Assembly (NCBI GenBank): GCA_023396915.1
Contig: JAEWUV010000007.1
Location: 146,077 to 210,076, forward strand
Direction of reading: 5' to 3'
Source: Candidatus Parcubacteria bacterium
GTDB taxonomy: Bacteria; Patescibacteriota; Microgenomatia; UBA12405
DNA: 64,000 nucleotides
Shown here: in pieces, positions 1-9,456 of the stretch
How positions within the stretch are numbered: position 1 is the stretch's first letter
Layout of the letters: each line of letters starts with the position of its first letter
Made by a program: the position numbers and the translations under genes
The notes under the pieces: generated by a model
What the model was told of the DNA's origin: nothing
The model's input: the letters and a program-made list of their open reading frames with translations, nothing else
Database searches by the model: none

Positions 1-573
1 AGATAAACCAACATTAATCAATAATGGAACAATTTTTTTTCGACCGTCACCCGGACCATAAACATTATAAAGATTTAAAGTTACTGCATTGAAATCACAA
101 ACTTGAACATAATATTCAAGGACATCAAAAAAAGATTTTTTCAATGAAGCATATAAATCAACTGGATTATACTTAGAATCTTGTCTATAACTTTCCCAAT
201 AAGTACCAGTAGAAATTATATTTTTAACACCAATCTTTTTCATTGCGTCCAACAACTTCACTCCAAAAACAAAATTCGAATCAATCAATGGAATTAGATC
301 ATCTTTCTTAGGTTCAGCAACAAAACTTCCGGCTAAATGAACCACAACATCAGGCTTAACATCTTCTAAACAATTATAAATATCAAAAGCATCATCATTG
401 TAACGGTAATATTTTACACGTTCCTCTTCAAACAAAATGGGAGAATCTTTCCCTTGCAATAAAAACAAAGAATAATCACTTTCTTTTAGGAGACAATCAA
501 CTAAGTGTCTGCCTATATAACCAGATGCGCCAGTAACTATAACTTTAATCTTTCTTTCAGGTTCTTTAATCAT
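1..573 (-). CDS. NAD-dependent epimerase/dehydratase (N-terminal ~190 aa; gene runs off the window start)
   Basis: Minus-strand ATG at 571-573. Translation MIKEPERKIKVIVTGASGYIGRHLV... has the GxxGxxG Rossmann motif and a YASLK (YxxxK) motif. Open to position 1. Confidence 0.7.
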   Translation of the reverse strand, partial: MIKEPERKIKVIVTGASGYIGRHLVDCLLKESDYSLFLLQGKDSPILFEEERVKYYRYNDDAFDIYNCLEDVKPDVVVHLAGSFVAEPKKDDLIPLIDSNFVFGVKLLDAMKKIGVKNIISTGTYWESYRQDSKYNPVDLYASLKKSFFDVLEYYVQVCDFNAVTLNLYNVYGPGDGRKKIVPLLINVGLS

Positions 574-641
574 TTTCTAAAGTATAAAGCTTTTTTCAAA
601 AATATAATTATATAAATCGCACAAAATAAATTATTCTAAAA

Positions 642-1481
642 CTACTTAATCGAAAACAATATAAAAAGTTTTCCAAAATAATTTATTATTAATCGTAAAT
701 ATAATAAAAATTGCTCAAAGTTAGAAAGATCATATTCATCTTTATATTTTCTAAAAAGTAGAATATGTTCTTTTAGGGCTTTTTTAAAAAACAAAATAGT
801 TCCCTGACCTTTATGTAAACAAAAACCAAATTGAATATTTCGACAAAAATAACCATTCCCATATTGAAGTATTTTAATCCATAAATCCATATCACTTATA
901 TATTTAAAAGCGCTTTCAAAAAAAAGTTTATTTCTCTTAATAACTGAAGTTCTTAACGTTACTCCAGTTGGTTCACCTAAAGGATTCCTGCCAGATAATA
1001 AAATTTTATTTATCAAAACACCGCCATTAACTTTCTTGCTATATTTATAATGTTTACGAACCATTATTCTCTTGAACTTATTTGTTAAAACATTACTTGA
1101 ACCATAAACCAATACTACATCATCAAATCTATCTAAAATATTAACTTGTTCCAACAAACAATTTTTATATAGAATATCATCTGCACATAATATTTTTAAA
1201 TACTTTCCACTGGCTACCGATAAGCATTTATTCATATTTGGAAACATACCAATATTTTTTTTATTTCTATAAAGATGAATATTATTATATTTTTTTACAA
1301 ATGAATTTATAATTTCAACGCTATTATCAATAGAAGCATTATCAAAAATATAGACATCAAAATCTTTATACGACGAGCTCATTAGTGATTCCAAAGTCCT
1401 AGCTATATATTTTCCAGCATTAAAACAAGGAATACAAACTATTAATTTTTTACTTTTTTTCATTTGTCTTTTCAAGACCAA
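642..1481 (-). CDS. family 2 glycosyltransferase
   Basis: LIVCIPCFNAGKYIARTLESL...DVYIFDNASIDNS is a GT2 N-terminal signature. Confidence 0.75.
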   Translation of the reverse strand: MVLKRQMKKSKKLIVCIPCFNAGKYIARTLESLMSSSYKDFDVYIFDNASIDNSVEIINSFVKKYNNIHLYRNKKNIGMFPNMNKCLSVASGKYLKILCADDILYKNCLLEQVNILDRFDDVVLVYGSSNVLTNKFKRIMVRKHYKYSKKVNGGVLINKILLSGRNPLGEPTGVTLRTSVIKRNKLFFESAFKYISDMDLWIKILQYGNGYFCRNIQFGFCLHKGQGTILFFKKALKEHILLFRKYKDEYDLSNFEQFLLYLRLIINYFGKLFILFSIK

Positions 1482-3477
1482 GTTTAATTAAATAATAAAA
1501 ATGCAAAAGAATAAAAATATTTTTGACTCTTACATCAAACAATGAAAAACCATTTGACAAGTAATAGCAAAACCATAAACCTGCAACCATAAAACATAAA
1601 ACCGATTTTAAAAATAAAACTTTTTCTTTTGAATCTTTATCAACTTCAGTTAAAAGTACCAACATAATAGGAATTGAATATAAAAGACGATAAGCATACA
1701 CACTATTAGGAATTAAATTAATTACGGCACATGACAATATATACAATAATATATATAATTCTCTTTTTTTTAAAACTAAATATGAAAACATCTTGAAAAT
1801 ATTTTTCTTCCTCAAGTGAATAAAGGGTAAAACGAATACAAACAACAACCAAAATTTTGATATAAACGATACTAAACCAAACCGTATCAAACAAGTACCT
1901 TTGTTTACGCAACCAGTAAACAAAGTAGATATTGCCTTTATTGAATGGTTTGATACTAGGTAAAAAGGTTGTGAAAAATTACCATTAGAACCATTGTTAA
2001 ATAACAAAATACCATTCCAAATAGAAAAAATATCAGTACTCACCCCATATAAAACTGGCAAATAAGAAAAGGCTATAAAAGAAAACAAAAAAGACAATAA
2101 TGAAACCAAAACACTTCCAGAAAATAAGATTTCAATAATAGCAAATGGTAATAAAAAAAACTTTACATTACTTATATATCCAACCAAAAAACCAATAAAT
2201 AAAGACCGTAAAATCCTATTTTTTACAGGTATTTTAAGAGAAAAATAAAATAAAAAACCAATTAAAACAAATAAAAATAAATCTAAATTACCCCTCTCTA
2301 CCCCAAAAGCAAAAGGAAGCTGTAAAGAAAAAATTGAAACAAAAAGCAATAACAATAAACGATTTTTACTCTTAACTTTTAAAAAACATATCCAAATAAA
2401 TATTAAAAACAATAAAAAAAATAAAAATAGATACCACTTGTATAAAGTAATATGACAATTTAAAACATCATCAAAACTACAAACTCCATGATTTTTTAAA
2501 ACACTCAATAATGGAGCAAATGTGACTACTATACCAGTACCATAATTAGCAGCACCTTCAACAAAATTTCTTCCATTTAATAAATTATTGGCCGGTAAAA
2601 CTACACCAGTAAACAAATCTCTACCAACGGGAGATAAATAAAACAAAGACTCTGGTGCTTGAATTAAATTTTCAGAATTTCTATAGGAAACAACATACCT
2701 TGACAAGATAGTTAATAAAAGAATTACTAAAAACAAAATCAACGGATCCTTTTTAAGATTATTTTTAAACCACAAAAATATATTTTTGACTAACCAAGAA
2801 AACCAATAAAAAGCTTTCTTAAAAAAGTTAAATATGTTAATAATAAAAATCGAAAAGATAATTGCCAATAAATAATCTCCAATTGACAAAGATTTTAAAA
2901 GAGAAAATAACTTAGAAAATAAAAATATTGGAATTTCACGTTTATTTTGCAACAAATATTCCTTCGAATAACTATACTTACTAAGAAAAGAATTATTGAC
3001 AGCAAGTAGCTGAACTGAATTACCAATAACACCATCTACAGACTCGATTTCAATTACATATTCCTTCCCTTTTGATTTAGTTATCTCTGGAAAACCAAAA
3101 GGGAAATATAAACTATCTTGAAATTTACTTATTTCATAATCATTAACGTAATACCAATCATTACTAATAGATTCTTTAATCTTAAATCTTAGTAAACCAT
3201 GGTTAACTCTATTGTGTATATTAAATCTCATCGAAACTATACCTAATCTATTACTACTAGCTTCAAATCTTAAAACAACTTTTTCTCCTTCTAAAAGTTC
3301 TACGTCTTTAATATCATTAAATTTGTTAACTTGAGTTATTACTGTAGGATTAAATCCAATATAATTACTAAAACTTCTACTTTTTAACATCCCCATTAAT
3401 ACCAACACTAAAACAAAAACAAAAGGGAATAAACAAAACTTTACTTTATTAATATTTCTCATTCTCATACCAATCAT
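1450..3477 (-). CDS. large polytopic membrane protein (putative glycan polymerase / GT-C-like); function unknown
   Basis: 675 aa. N-terminal TM, then a ~150-aa soluble domain, then more than 10 hydrophobic helices. Lies inside a glycan operon. Confidence 0.4.
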   Translation of the reverse strand: MIGMRMRNINKVKFCLFPFVFVLVLVLMGMLKSRSFSNYIGFNPTVITQVNKFNDIKDVELLEGEKVVLRFEASSNRLGIVSMRFNIHNRVNHGLLRFKIKESISNDWYYVNDYEISKFQDSLYFPFGFPEITKSKGKEYVIEIESVDGVIGNSVQLLAVNNSFLSKYSYSKEYLLQNKREIPIFLFSKLFSLLKSLSIGDYLLAIIFSIFIINIFNFFKKAFYWFSWLVKNIFLWFKNNLKKDPLILFLVILLLTILSRYVVSYRNSENLIQAPESLFYLSPVGRDLFTGVVLPANNLLNGRNFVEGAANYGTGIVVTFAPLLSVLKNHGVCSFDDVLNCHITLYKWYLFLFFLLFLIFIWICFLKVKSKNRLLLLLFVSIFSLQLPFAFGVERGNLDLFLFVLIGFLFYFSLKIPVKNRILRSLFIGFLVGYISNVKFFLLPFAIIEILFSGSVLVSLLSFLFSFIAFSYLPVLYGVSTDIFSIWNGILLFNNGSNGNFSQPFYLVSNHSIKAISTLFTGCVNKGTCLIRFGLVSFISKFWLLFVFVLPFIHLRKKNIFKMFSYLVLKKRELYILLYILSCAVINLIPNSVYAYRLLYSIPIMLVLLTEVDKDSKEKVLFLKSVLCFMVAGLWFCYYLSNGFSLFDVRVKNIFILLHFYYLIKLGLEKTNEKK

Positions 3478-4294
3478 ACAAAATTTTTATACATTTTTTT
3501 ATATCTAAAAATTTGAAATCACCCAGTTCTTTTTTTAATCTCTTATTATCGCAAGTATATTCATCATTTAACCCCTCATTTTTTACTACAACCTCTGATT
3601 TTTTTTCTGCCACTTCGTTAATTATTCTAGCTATTGTCAATAAATCTATCTTTTCACCATTTCCAATGTTATAAAACTTATATTTCGCTTCGTGATTAAT
3701 AAAAAAATCAACAATTTTTACAAAATCATCAATATAAACATAAGTAAAATAAACATTTTGACTTATAGTGATTGGTAATCCAGCTAAATTTTGACAAATT
3801 GCATTTGAAATAAACCGATATCGATAATCTTCGTGTTTACCAAATAAACCAAAAATTCTTAAACTAACAATATCGTCCTGTCCTTCAATATATTTTGAAC
3901 AAATATATTTAAAAAATCCATAATCATCAACAGGAATATTTTTATCAAAATCACTTTCCTTTACATCAACAATAGACTTCGATTTATCATATTCCGCCCC
4001 TGATCCTAAATTAATCATTTTTCCAAATTTGTGTTTATTCCTAACAATATTAAAAAACATTCTTAAATTCTGAGACAATGCCGAATCAACTTGTTCTGCA
4101 GCTGTACTACCACCCACTATCGCTGCATGTATTACTACGTCAATTTTATTTTTATTAAAAAAATCATCTACCTTTTTACCATCAGTTAAATCCAATTCCA
4201 ATCTTGTTGGTGCTAAAAAATCATATTCATTTCTAAGTTTCTCATAAATATTTTTTCCTACGAAACCATTAACACCAGTCAACAAAATTTTCAT
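3449..4294 (-). CDS. short NAD(P)-dependent sugar-nucleotide reductase/epimerase (RmlD / CDP-paratose-synthase-like)
   Basis: MKILLTGVNGFVGKNIYEKL Rossmann motif, YICSK (YxxxK), 281 aa. Confidence 0.65.
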   Translation of the reverse strand: MKILLTGVNGFVGKNIYEKLRNEYDFLAPTRLELDLTDGKKVDDFFNKNKIDVVIHAAIVGGSTAAEQVDSALSQNLRMFFNIVRNKHKFGKMINLGSGAEYDKSKSIVDVKESDFDKNIPVDDYGFFKYICSKYIEGQDDIVSLRIFGLFGKHEDYRYRFISNAICQNLAGLPITISQNVYFTYVYIDDFVKIVDFFINHEAKYKFYNIGNGEKIDLLTIARIINEVAEKKSEVVVKNEGLNDEYTCDNKRLKKELGDFKFLDIKKCIKILYDWYENEKY

Positions 4295-4313
4295 ATTAAT
4301 TTAATATCCATTG

Positions 4314-4997
4314 TTATTTTATTGAAAAACCACCATCTATAACCACCACCGAGCCAGTCATATAAGTGTTTTTTTCAGAAACTAAAAACAAAACCAATTG
4401 GGCAATTTCCTCCGGATTAACTAATCTCTTTAAAGGGATATCTTCCTCCAATGCTTTTATCTTTTCTGGTGAATTTCTGGCTGTTACCAATTCAGTGTTG
4501 GTAAAACCAGGACAAACTGAATTTACTAAAATATTATCCTGTGCCAACTCTAAAGCCAAAGCCTTTGTCATTCCATTAATTCCATGCTTTGCAGAACAAT
4601 ACAAAACCTGTTTACCTCTAGCTACCACACCAAAAGCCGAACTTATATTAATAATTCTTCCCCATTTGTTTTTCTTCATATTACCAACAAAAGCTCGAGT
4701 TAATTTAATTGGAGCCAATAAATCTATCTGAAAAGTATCCTTTATATTCTTATCGTCCATCTCTTCAATCCACTGAGGGTAATTAATCCCAGCATTATTA
4801 ATTAATATATCTACTTTCAAACTCTTATTTTTTTTAATATATTGATTAATTGATTTATCATCAGACAAATCTAACTCCTGTCTAGTAGGGGAAATAACAC
4901 AATATTTATTCTCTAACAATAAATCCTTTATAGCCTTACCTATTCCCCTAGAAGCACCTGTAATTAAAACATTCTTCTTTAGATTGTTAATCATCAT
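4314..4997 (-). CDS. SDR-family short-chain dehydrogenase/reductase
   Basis: VLITGASRGIGKAI and NAG motifs, classic SDR, 227 aa. Confidence 0.8.
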   Translation of the reverse strand: MMINNLKKNVLITGASRGIGKAIKDLLLENKYCVISPTRQELDLSDDKSINQYIKKNKSLKVDILINNAGINYPQWIEEMDDKNIKDTFQIDLLAPIKLTRAFVGNMKKNKWGRIINISSAFGVVARGKQVLYCSAKHGINGMTKALALELAQDNILVNSVCPGFTNTELVTARNSPEKIKALEEDIPLKRLVNPEEIAQLVLFLVSEKNTYMTGSVVVIDGGFSIK

Positions 4998-5012
4998 ATC
5001 GTATTTTACATC

Positions 5013-6833
5013 CTATTCTTTGGTACCTCCACTTATGATCATGTTTTCTTTCATTTCCTTTTCTGAAATGAACGGACACATATCTTCAAGTGGAGGAGAA
5101 ATAAACCGGCCACCATCTACCATTTTTGTAGTTAATTTAGGAGTTAAAACTAAATCTCTAACAGTATTAATATCGCAAAGAACAGGGCCATCAAAATTCA
5201 AAACTTGCTTTATTTTCTTAACCATTTCTTGGTGATTATTAATTCTTACAGTCTTAATACCATAAGCCTGTCCTACTTTTACATAATCAGGACAACTAAC
5301 CCCACTGTTAGGATCAGACGCGACATGTCTACCATTAAATAAATTATCTTGGGTATTAACAATTGACCTGTATCCATTATTGCTATAAACAAATAATTTT
5401 ACTGGTAATTTATAATGTTTAATAACCTGTAATTCATGAACACTTAATTGCAAACTTCCATCACCCTCAAAACAAATAACCCTTTTTTTATTATTAGCAA
5501 AACAAGCACCTATCGCCGCCGGTAAACCATAACCCATCTGAGCAGCTCCCAAATTTAAAATTATCCTTTGATTTTTTTTAACTTTAAAAACTTGATAAGA
5601 ACAGTTCATTGGACCAATTCCATTAGACAATACCACAACCTCATTTTCCTTTAAAAAATCACAAACAGTGTTTATAAAACAATATTGATTAACATATTTT
5701 TTATCTTTACAAAAATCTTCGGAAAAGGGTGGATATTTTTCATTAATTTTCGAACAATAATTCAACCACCTCTTTATTTTTAAACTACTATTTTTTACTT
5801 TTTCTTTTAATTGTTTGATCATTTCGTCAATAAAATCTTTAGCGTCAAAATTAATCGGTAAATCCACTGATAAAATCGGTTTATCTAATTCGTTCTTGTC
5901 AATATCAACCATAATCTTATAAGCTTTTCTGGCAAAAGCCTTATAGTTAAAACCTACCGTTAAAATATCCATTCTAGCTCCAACAGAAAGTAAAAAATCA
6001 CTATTTTGAATAATAAAATTTGCTGCCCGTTGCCCCAAAGCATGAGCTCTTCCAAAATAATACGGATTATCATCAGCCACTAAATCATAACCCACATAAC
6101 TTGTTAAAACTGGTATTTTAAGTAACTTTATTAGTTTTAATAATTCTTTACTAGCGCCTGACAAATGAACTCCATTCCCAACATACAAAACCGGCCTTTC
6201 TGATTTTAAAAGTTTATTTATTGTTTTCATTACTAAACTAGACAACTTTTTTTTATCAATAGAAAAATCTAAATTGATTTCACTTTCTTTAAACTCCTTA
6301 AAATTCTTCTCATCAACCAAAGCCCCTTGAATATCCAACGGTATATCTAACCAAACTGGGCCTTGTCTTCCATGAGTTGCTAAAAACAAAGCTTTGTCTA
6401 AATGATATTTAATCTCATTAGGGTCCATCACTGTTACTGCATATTTTGTAATTGGTTTAACTAAATCAACTATATTAATTTCTTGTGGACCTAATTGTCT
6501 CATCCCTCCAATTTTAGCCCCCATTAATTCTCTTTTAACTTGACCAGAAATCATTAAAACCGGAATAGAATCCAACCAACTTCCCATCACTCCCGTAATC
6601 GCATTTGTTCCACCAGGACCAGTAGTAACCAAACCAACACCAAATCCACTTAAGCGCGAATATCCTTCAGCAGCGGTAGACACTGCTTCTTCGTGGTGAC
6701 AACAAACATAATTAATATTACTTCTACCCAAAGAATCAACTAAATGTATATTTCCACCACCAGACAAAAGAAAAACATCCTTTATTCCTTTAGTATTTAA
6801 ATACTTAAAGACAAAATCGCTAAGTTTTATCAC
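5013..6833 (-). CDS. thiamine-pyrophosphate-dependent enzyme, acetolactate-synthase large-subunit-like (YerE-like sugar branching enzyme candidate)
   Basis: N-terminal TPP pyrimidine-binding region (LVTTGPGGTNAITGVMGSWLDSIPVLMISGQV) and C-terminal GDGS...NN TPP-binding motif. 606 aa. Confidence 0.8.
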   Translation of the reverse strand: MIKLSDFVFKYLNTKGIKDVFLLSGGGNIHLVDSLGRSNINYVCCHHEEAVSTAAEGYSRLSGFGVGLVTTGPGGTNAITGVMGSWLDSIPVLMISGQVKRELMGAKIGGMRQLGPQEINIVDLVKPITKYAVTVMDPNEIKYHLDKALFLATHGRQGPVWLDIPLDIQGALVDEKNFKEFKESEINLDFSIDKKKLSSLVMKTINKLLKSERPVLYVGNGVHLSGASKELLKLIKLLKIPVLTSYVGYDLVADDNPYYFGRAHALGQRAANFIIQNSDFLLSVGARMDILTVGFNYKAFARKAYKIMVDIDKNELDKPILSVDLPINFDAKDFIDEMIKQLKEKVKNSSLKIKRWLNYCSKINEKYPPFSEDFCKDKKYVNQYCFINTVCDFLKENEVVVLSNGIGPMNCSYQVFKVKKNQRIILNLGAAQMGYGLPAAIGACFANNKKRVICFEGDGSLQLSVHELQVIKHYKLPVKLFVYSNNGYRSIVNTQDNLFNGRHVASDPNSGVSCPDYVKVGQAYGIKTVRINNHQEMVKKIKQVLNFDGPVLCDINTVRDLVLTPKLTTKMVDGGRFISPPLEDMCPFISEKEMKENMIISGGTKE

Positions 6834-6835
6834 TA

Positions 6836-7891
6836 CTATTCCTTATTATTAAAATAAACTAAATAATCTTCTATATCTTTTTTAAATTCTTTGTTAAATT
6901 TTAATCTAACAACACTTATTTTACCAATCCCTTCACATAAAATAGCATCCACTTCGTCTCCAATGACTTTCTTGTCTGTTTTTAAAAATTTCATATATAA
7001 GTCGATATTATCAACTGGAAACGTTTTAAAAGATATAAATTTTTTAATAAAAAGATGAATCCTTAAAAATTCATCTTTTAGTAAAATTCCTCTTTTCATT
7101 GAAATAAAATTAGCTAAATCTATCCCCATTAAAACAGCTAAACCATGAGGGATTTTATTTTTTGTATAGCCTTCTAATGCATGTCCAAAAGTATGACCAT
7201 AATTAAGTAATTTTCTTATATTTTTTTCTAATTCATCTTTCTCAACAATTTCCTTCTTTATAAGCAAACTCTTATAAACTACATCTTCAGTTACTTTACT
7301 ATTCTTTTCCAAATCAGAATAAAACACTCCTCCTTTAATTAATGCGTGTTTTATTATCTCTCCAATACCATTAATTGAATCGACTTCAGACAAAGTATTT
7401 AAAAAACTTATATTTATATATATTTCTATAGGAGGATGAAAAGAACCAACTTGATTTTTAAAACCGCCTATATTGATTCCAGATTTAGCCCCAATACAAC
7501 TATCCACCATAGAAAGAAGTGTAGTGGGAACAAAAACCCAATCAATCCCTCGTTTTATTATATGTGAAGTAAAAGATCCAATATCTTGAACTAAGCCACC
7601 TCCAATTACAACAACTTTATCTTGTTTTTGAATCCCGTTATCCAATAAAAAATAAACATACTTGTTAACTTCATTTAAGGTTTTATTTTTTTCAACCGCT
7701 TCAAAATAATTAACCGATTTAGCCAACGAAACTCCTAATTTCAAATTATCCTTATAAAGATTCCAAATATTTTTATCTATTAAAAAATGACAACGATATT
7801 TTTTAACCAACTCGTTGGTTAAATTATTTAAATTTTTAATAAAAATAACTTCATAATCTTTAATACTAGATTTTATTTTTATATTTCTCAT
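6836..7891 (-). CDS. 3-dehydroquinate-synthase-like sugar phosphate cyclase family protein
   Basis: VVVIGGGLVQDIGSF...PTTLLSMVDSCIGAKSGIN...GSFHPP...HGHTFGHALE aligns to AroB core motifs. Confidence 0.75.
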   Translation of the reverse strand: MRNIKIKSSIKDYEVIFIKNLNNLTNELVKKYRCHFLIDKNIWNLYKDNLKLGVSLAKSVNYFEAVEKNKTLNEVNKYVYFLLDNGIQKQDKVVVIGGGLVQDIGSFTSHIIKRGIDWVFVPTTLLSMVDSCIGAKSGINIGGFKNQVGSFHPPIEIYINISFLNTLSEVDSINGIGEIIKHALIKGGVFYSDLEKNSKVTEDVVYKSLLIKKEIVEKDELEKNIRKLLNYGHTFGHALEGYTKNKIPHGLAVLMGIDLANFISMKRGILLKDEFLRIHLFIKKFISFKTFPVDNIDLYMKFLKTDKKVIGDEVDAILCEGIGKISVVRLKFNKEFKKDIEDYLVYFNNKE

Positions 7892-8820
7892 TTTTTAATT
7901 AAATAATTTATAGCTTCATAAACCGCACCTACTGGAGATTTTTTTATTTCCAAAACATACGGAGGTGCATACACATTCGATTTTATAATATTACCATCAT
8001 TAGTGAAACTATAAGGATAGCTTAATAATCCCTTATTATTATCATTAGGAGAATCTCCAAAAGTAGCTAATTGATTATCTTTTATTTTTAATTTCTTAAC
8101 TAAATTTTTCATCATATACAATTTCCCATCAACAATCTTTCCATTAATTCTTAAGTTTCTACCCACATCAGCAAATGGTAAATTTCCCCAAGAAACACAT
8201 AAATCATAAGGGGTCAACTTTCTTCTCAACACATTAATGATTTTCTTTTGTTCATTAATATCTGACGGTAAGACAAAAGTAACCTTAACAGCTTCAGCAA
8301 AAACACAACCCTTAGAATTACAAGAAATCTTGTAACAAGTCTCTGGCATTAAATCCTTTGGAGGTTTATTTTTCAAAAATTCATTAAAAAAAATTTTTGA
8401 TTTTAGGTCTGGTTCAACCTTTAACTTCTTGTAAACATCAAACGTTTTTTTTAATAAAGATTTATCAAAACTATTAGAATATATTTTTTTAACAAACACT
8501 TTTTTAGGAGTAAAAGTTAATCTATTTAAAACTGCTCCTGTTCCGCCAGACCGCCAAACAGTAAAAGAACAGTCGTTCTTCATACAAAATATCAAACCCA
8601 ACTCTCTAAGTTTAATGTCTAAAGTGGTGTTTCTTCCTGATACAAAAGCAAAATCTATTCCACTCTGAAACACACGAAAAGCCAACTCAATCACATTATC
8701 TAGTGAATTATAAGTTTTATCATTCCTATCATACACTGTTCCATCATAATCAACCGCAATTAATTTTACACCTCCACACTTTACTTCTTCTAATTTTTGC
8801 CACACTAAACTATTTTTCAT
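7888..8820 (-). CDS. HAD-superfamily (IIB, Cof-like) phosphatase
   Basis: KLIAVDYDGTV (DxDGT motif I), FVSGR, FGDSPND (motif IV). Confidence 0.7.
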   Translation of the reverse strand: MKNSLVWQKLEEVKCGGVKLIAVDYDGTVYDRNDKTYNSLDNVIELAFRVFQSGIDFAFVSGRNTTLDIKLRELGLIFCMKNDCSFTVWRSGGTGAVLNRLTFTPKKVFVKKIYSNSFDKSLLKKTFDVYKKLKVEPDLKSKIFFNEFLKNKPPKDLMPETCYKISCNSKGCVFAEAVKVTFVLPSDINEQKKIINVLRRKLTPYDLCVSWGNLPFADVGRNLRINGKIVDGKLYMMKNLVKKLKIKDNQLATFGDSPNDNNKGLLSYPYSFTNDGNIIKSNVYAPPYVLEIKKSPVGAVYEAINYLIKK

Positions 8821-9401
8821 TTACCTAATTTTAAATCATTTAAATTTTTTAAAATAAATTTAAGACAATCTGAATTTTCCGTATCCACTTCTACAACTGG
8901 CCAAAAATCTATCTTTTCAAAAAAACTTTCTGCCCATCTTAATTGTTTCAAGGTAGTTATATTTGAAAAACTACCTTCCTTTTTTCTTTTATTCAATCTT
9001 TTAACAATTTCATTATCTCCCGGCTTTTTTAAATAAAATATTCTTAAAGGTATCTTATACTTAAGCAAATAATCCTTTAAGACAACCAATGGCGCCTTAA
9101 ATTCTTTCCTTGAAAACGTAGCCGGTAACAAAACTGATTCACCTGAAGAAACCATATACCAAGCCTTAGAACAAAAATAAGCATAAACCGCAGCCATTAT
9201 AGGAAATTCTTCACTTTCAGTTAATAATTTAGGAGTCTCTCCATTGCATCTGTTTGGATCGATTAAGGTTCTAATTCTGTCCAACTCTAAAATCTCAAAG
9301 TTTGACACGCTTTTAATTTTCTTAGCCAAATAATCCTTTCCTCTCAAGGGGGAGCCATATACAACAACCACACAGGGTTTATATTTATGTTTTTTTACCA
9401 T
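8817..9401 (-). CDS. P-loop kinase-like protein (divergent Walker A GSPLRGKD)
   Basis: VVVVYGSPLRGKDYLAKKI looks like a P-loop at the N-terminus, 194 aa. Translationally coupled to the HAD and DHQS-like genes. Confidence 0.4.
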   Translation of the reverse strand: MVKKHKYKPCVVVVYGSPLRGKDYLAKKIKSVSNFEILELDRIRTLIDPNRCNGETPKLLTESEEFPIMAAVYAYFCSKAWYMVSSGESVLLPATFSRKEFKAPLVVLKDYLLKYKIPLRIFYLKKPGDNEIVKRLNKRKKEGSFSNITTLKQLRWAESFFEKIDFWPVVEVDTENSDCLKFILKNLNDLKLGK

Positions 9402-9456
9402 ATTTGCCTACAAAAGTCATTATAACAAACTAGTTGGTATTATTATTTTTTAATTT

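Noticed and set aside
1718-1912. Small nested or antisense ORFs (1718-1912, 4366-4731, 9729-9980, 11131-11316, 20177-20377, 32167-32551, 43062-43373, 46547-46819, 52015-52327, 63653-63835 and similar)
   Set aside because: Each lies entirely within, and mostly antisense to, a longer ORF with clear family-level homology. They are typical AT-rich spurious ORFs.
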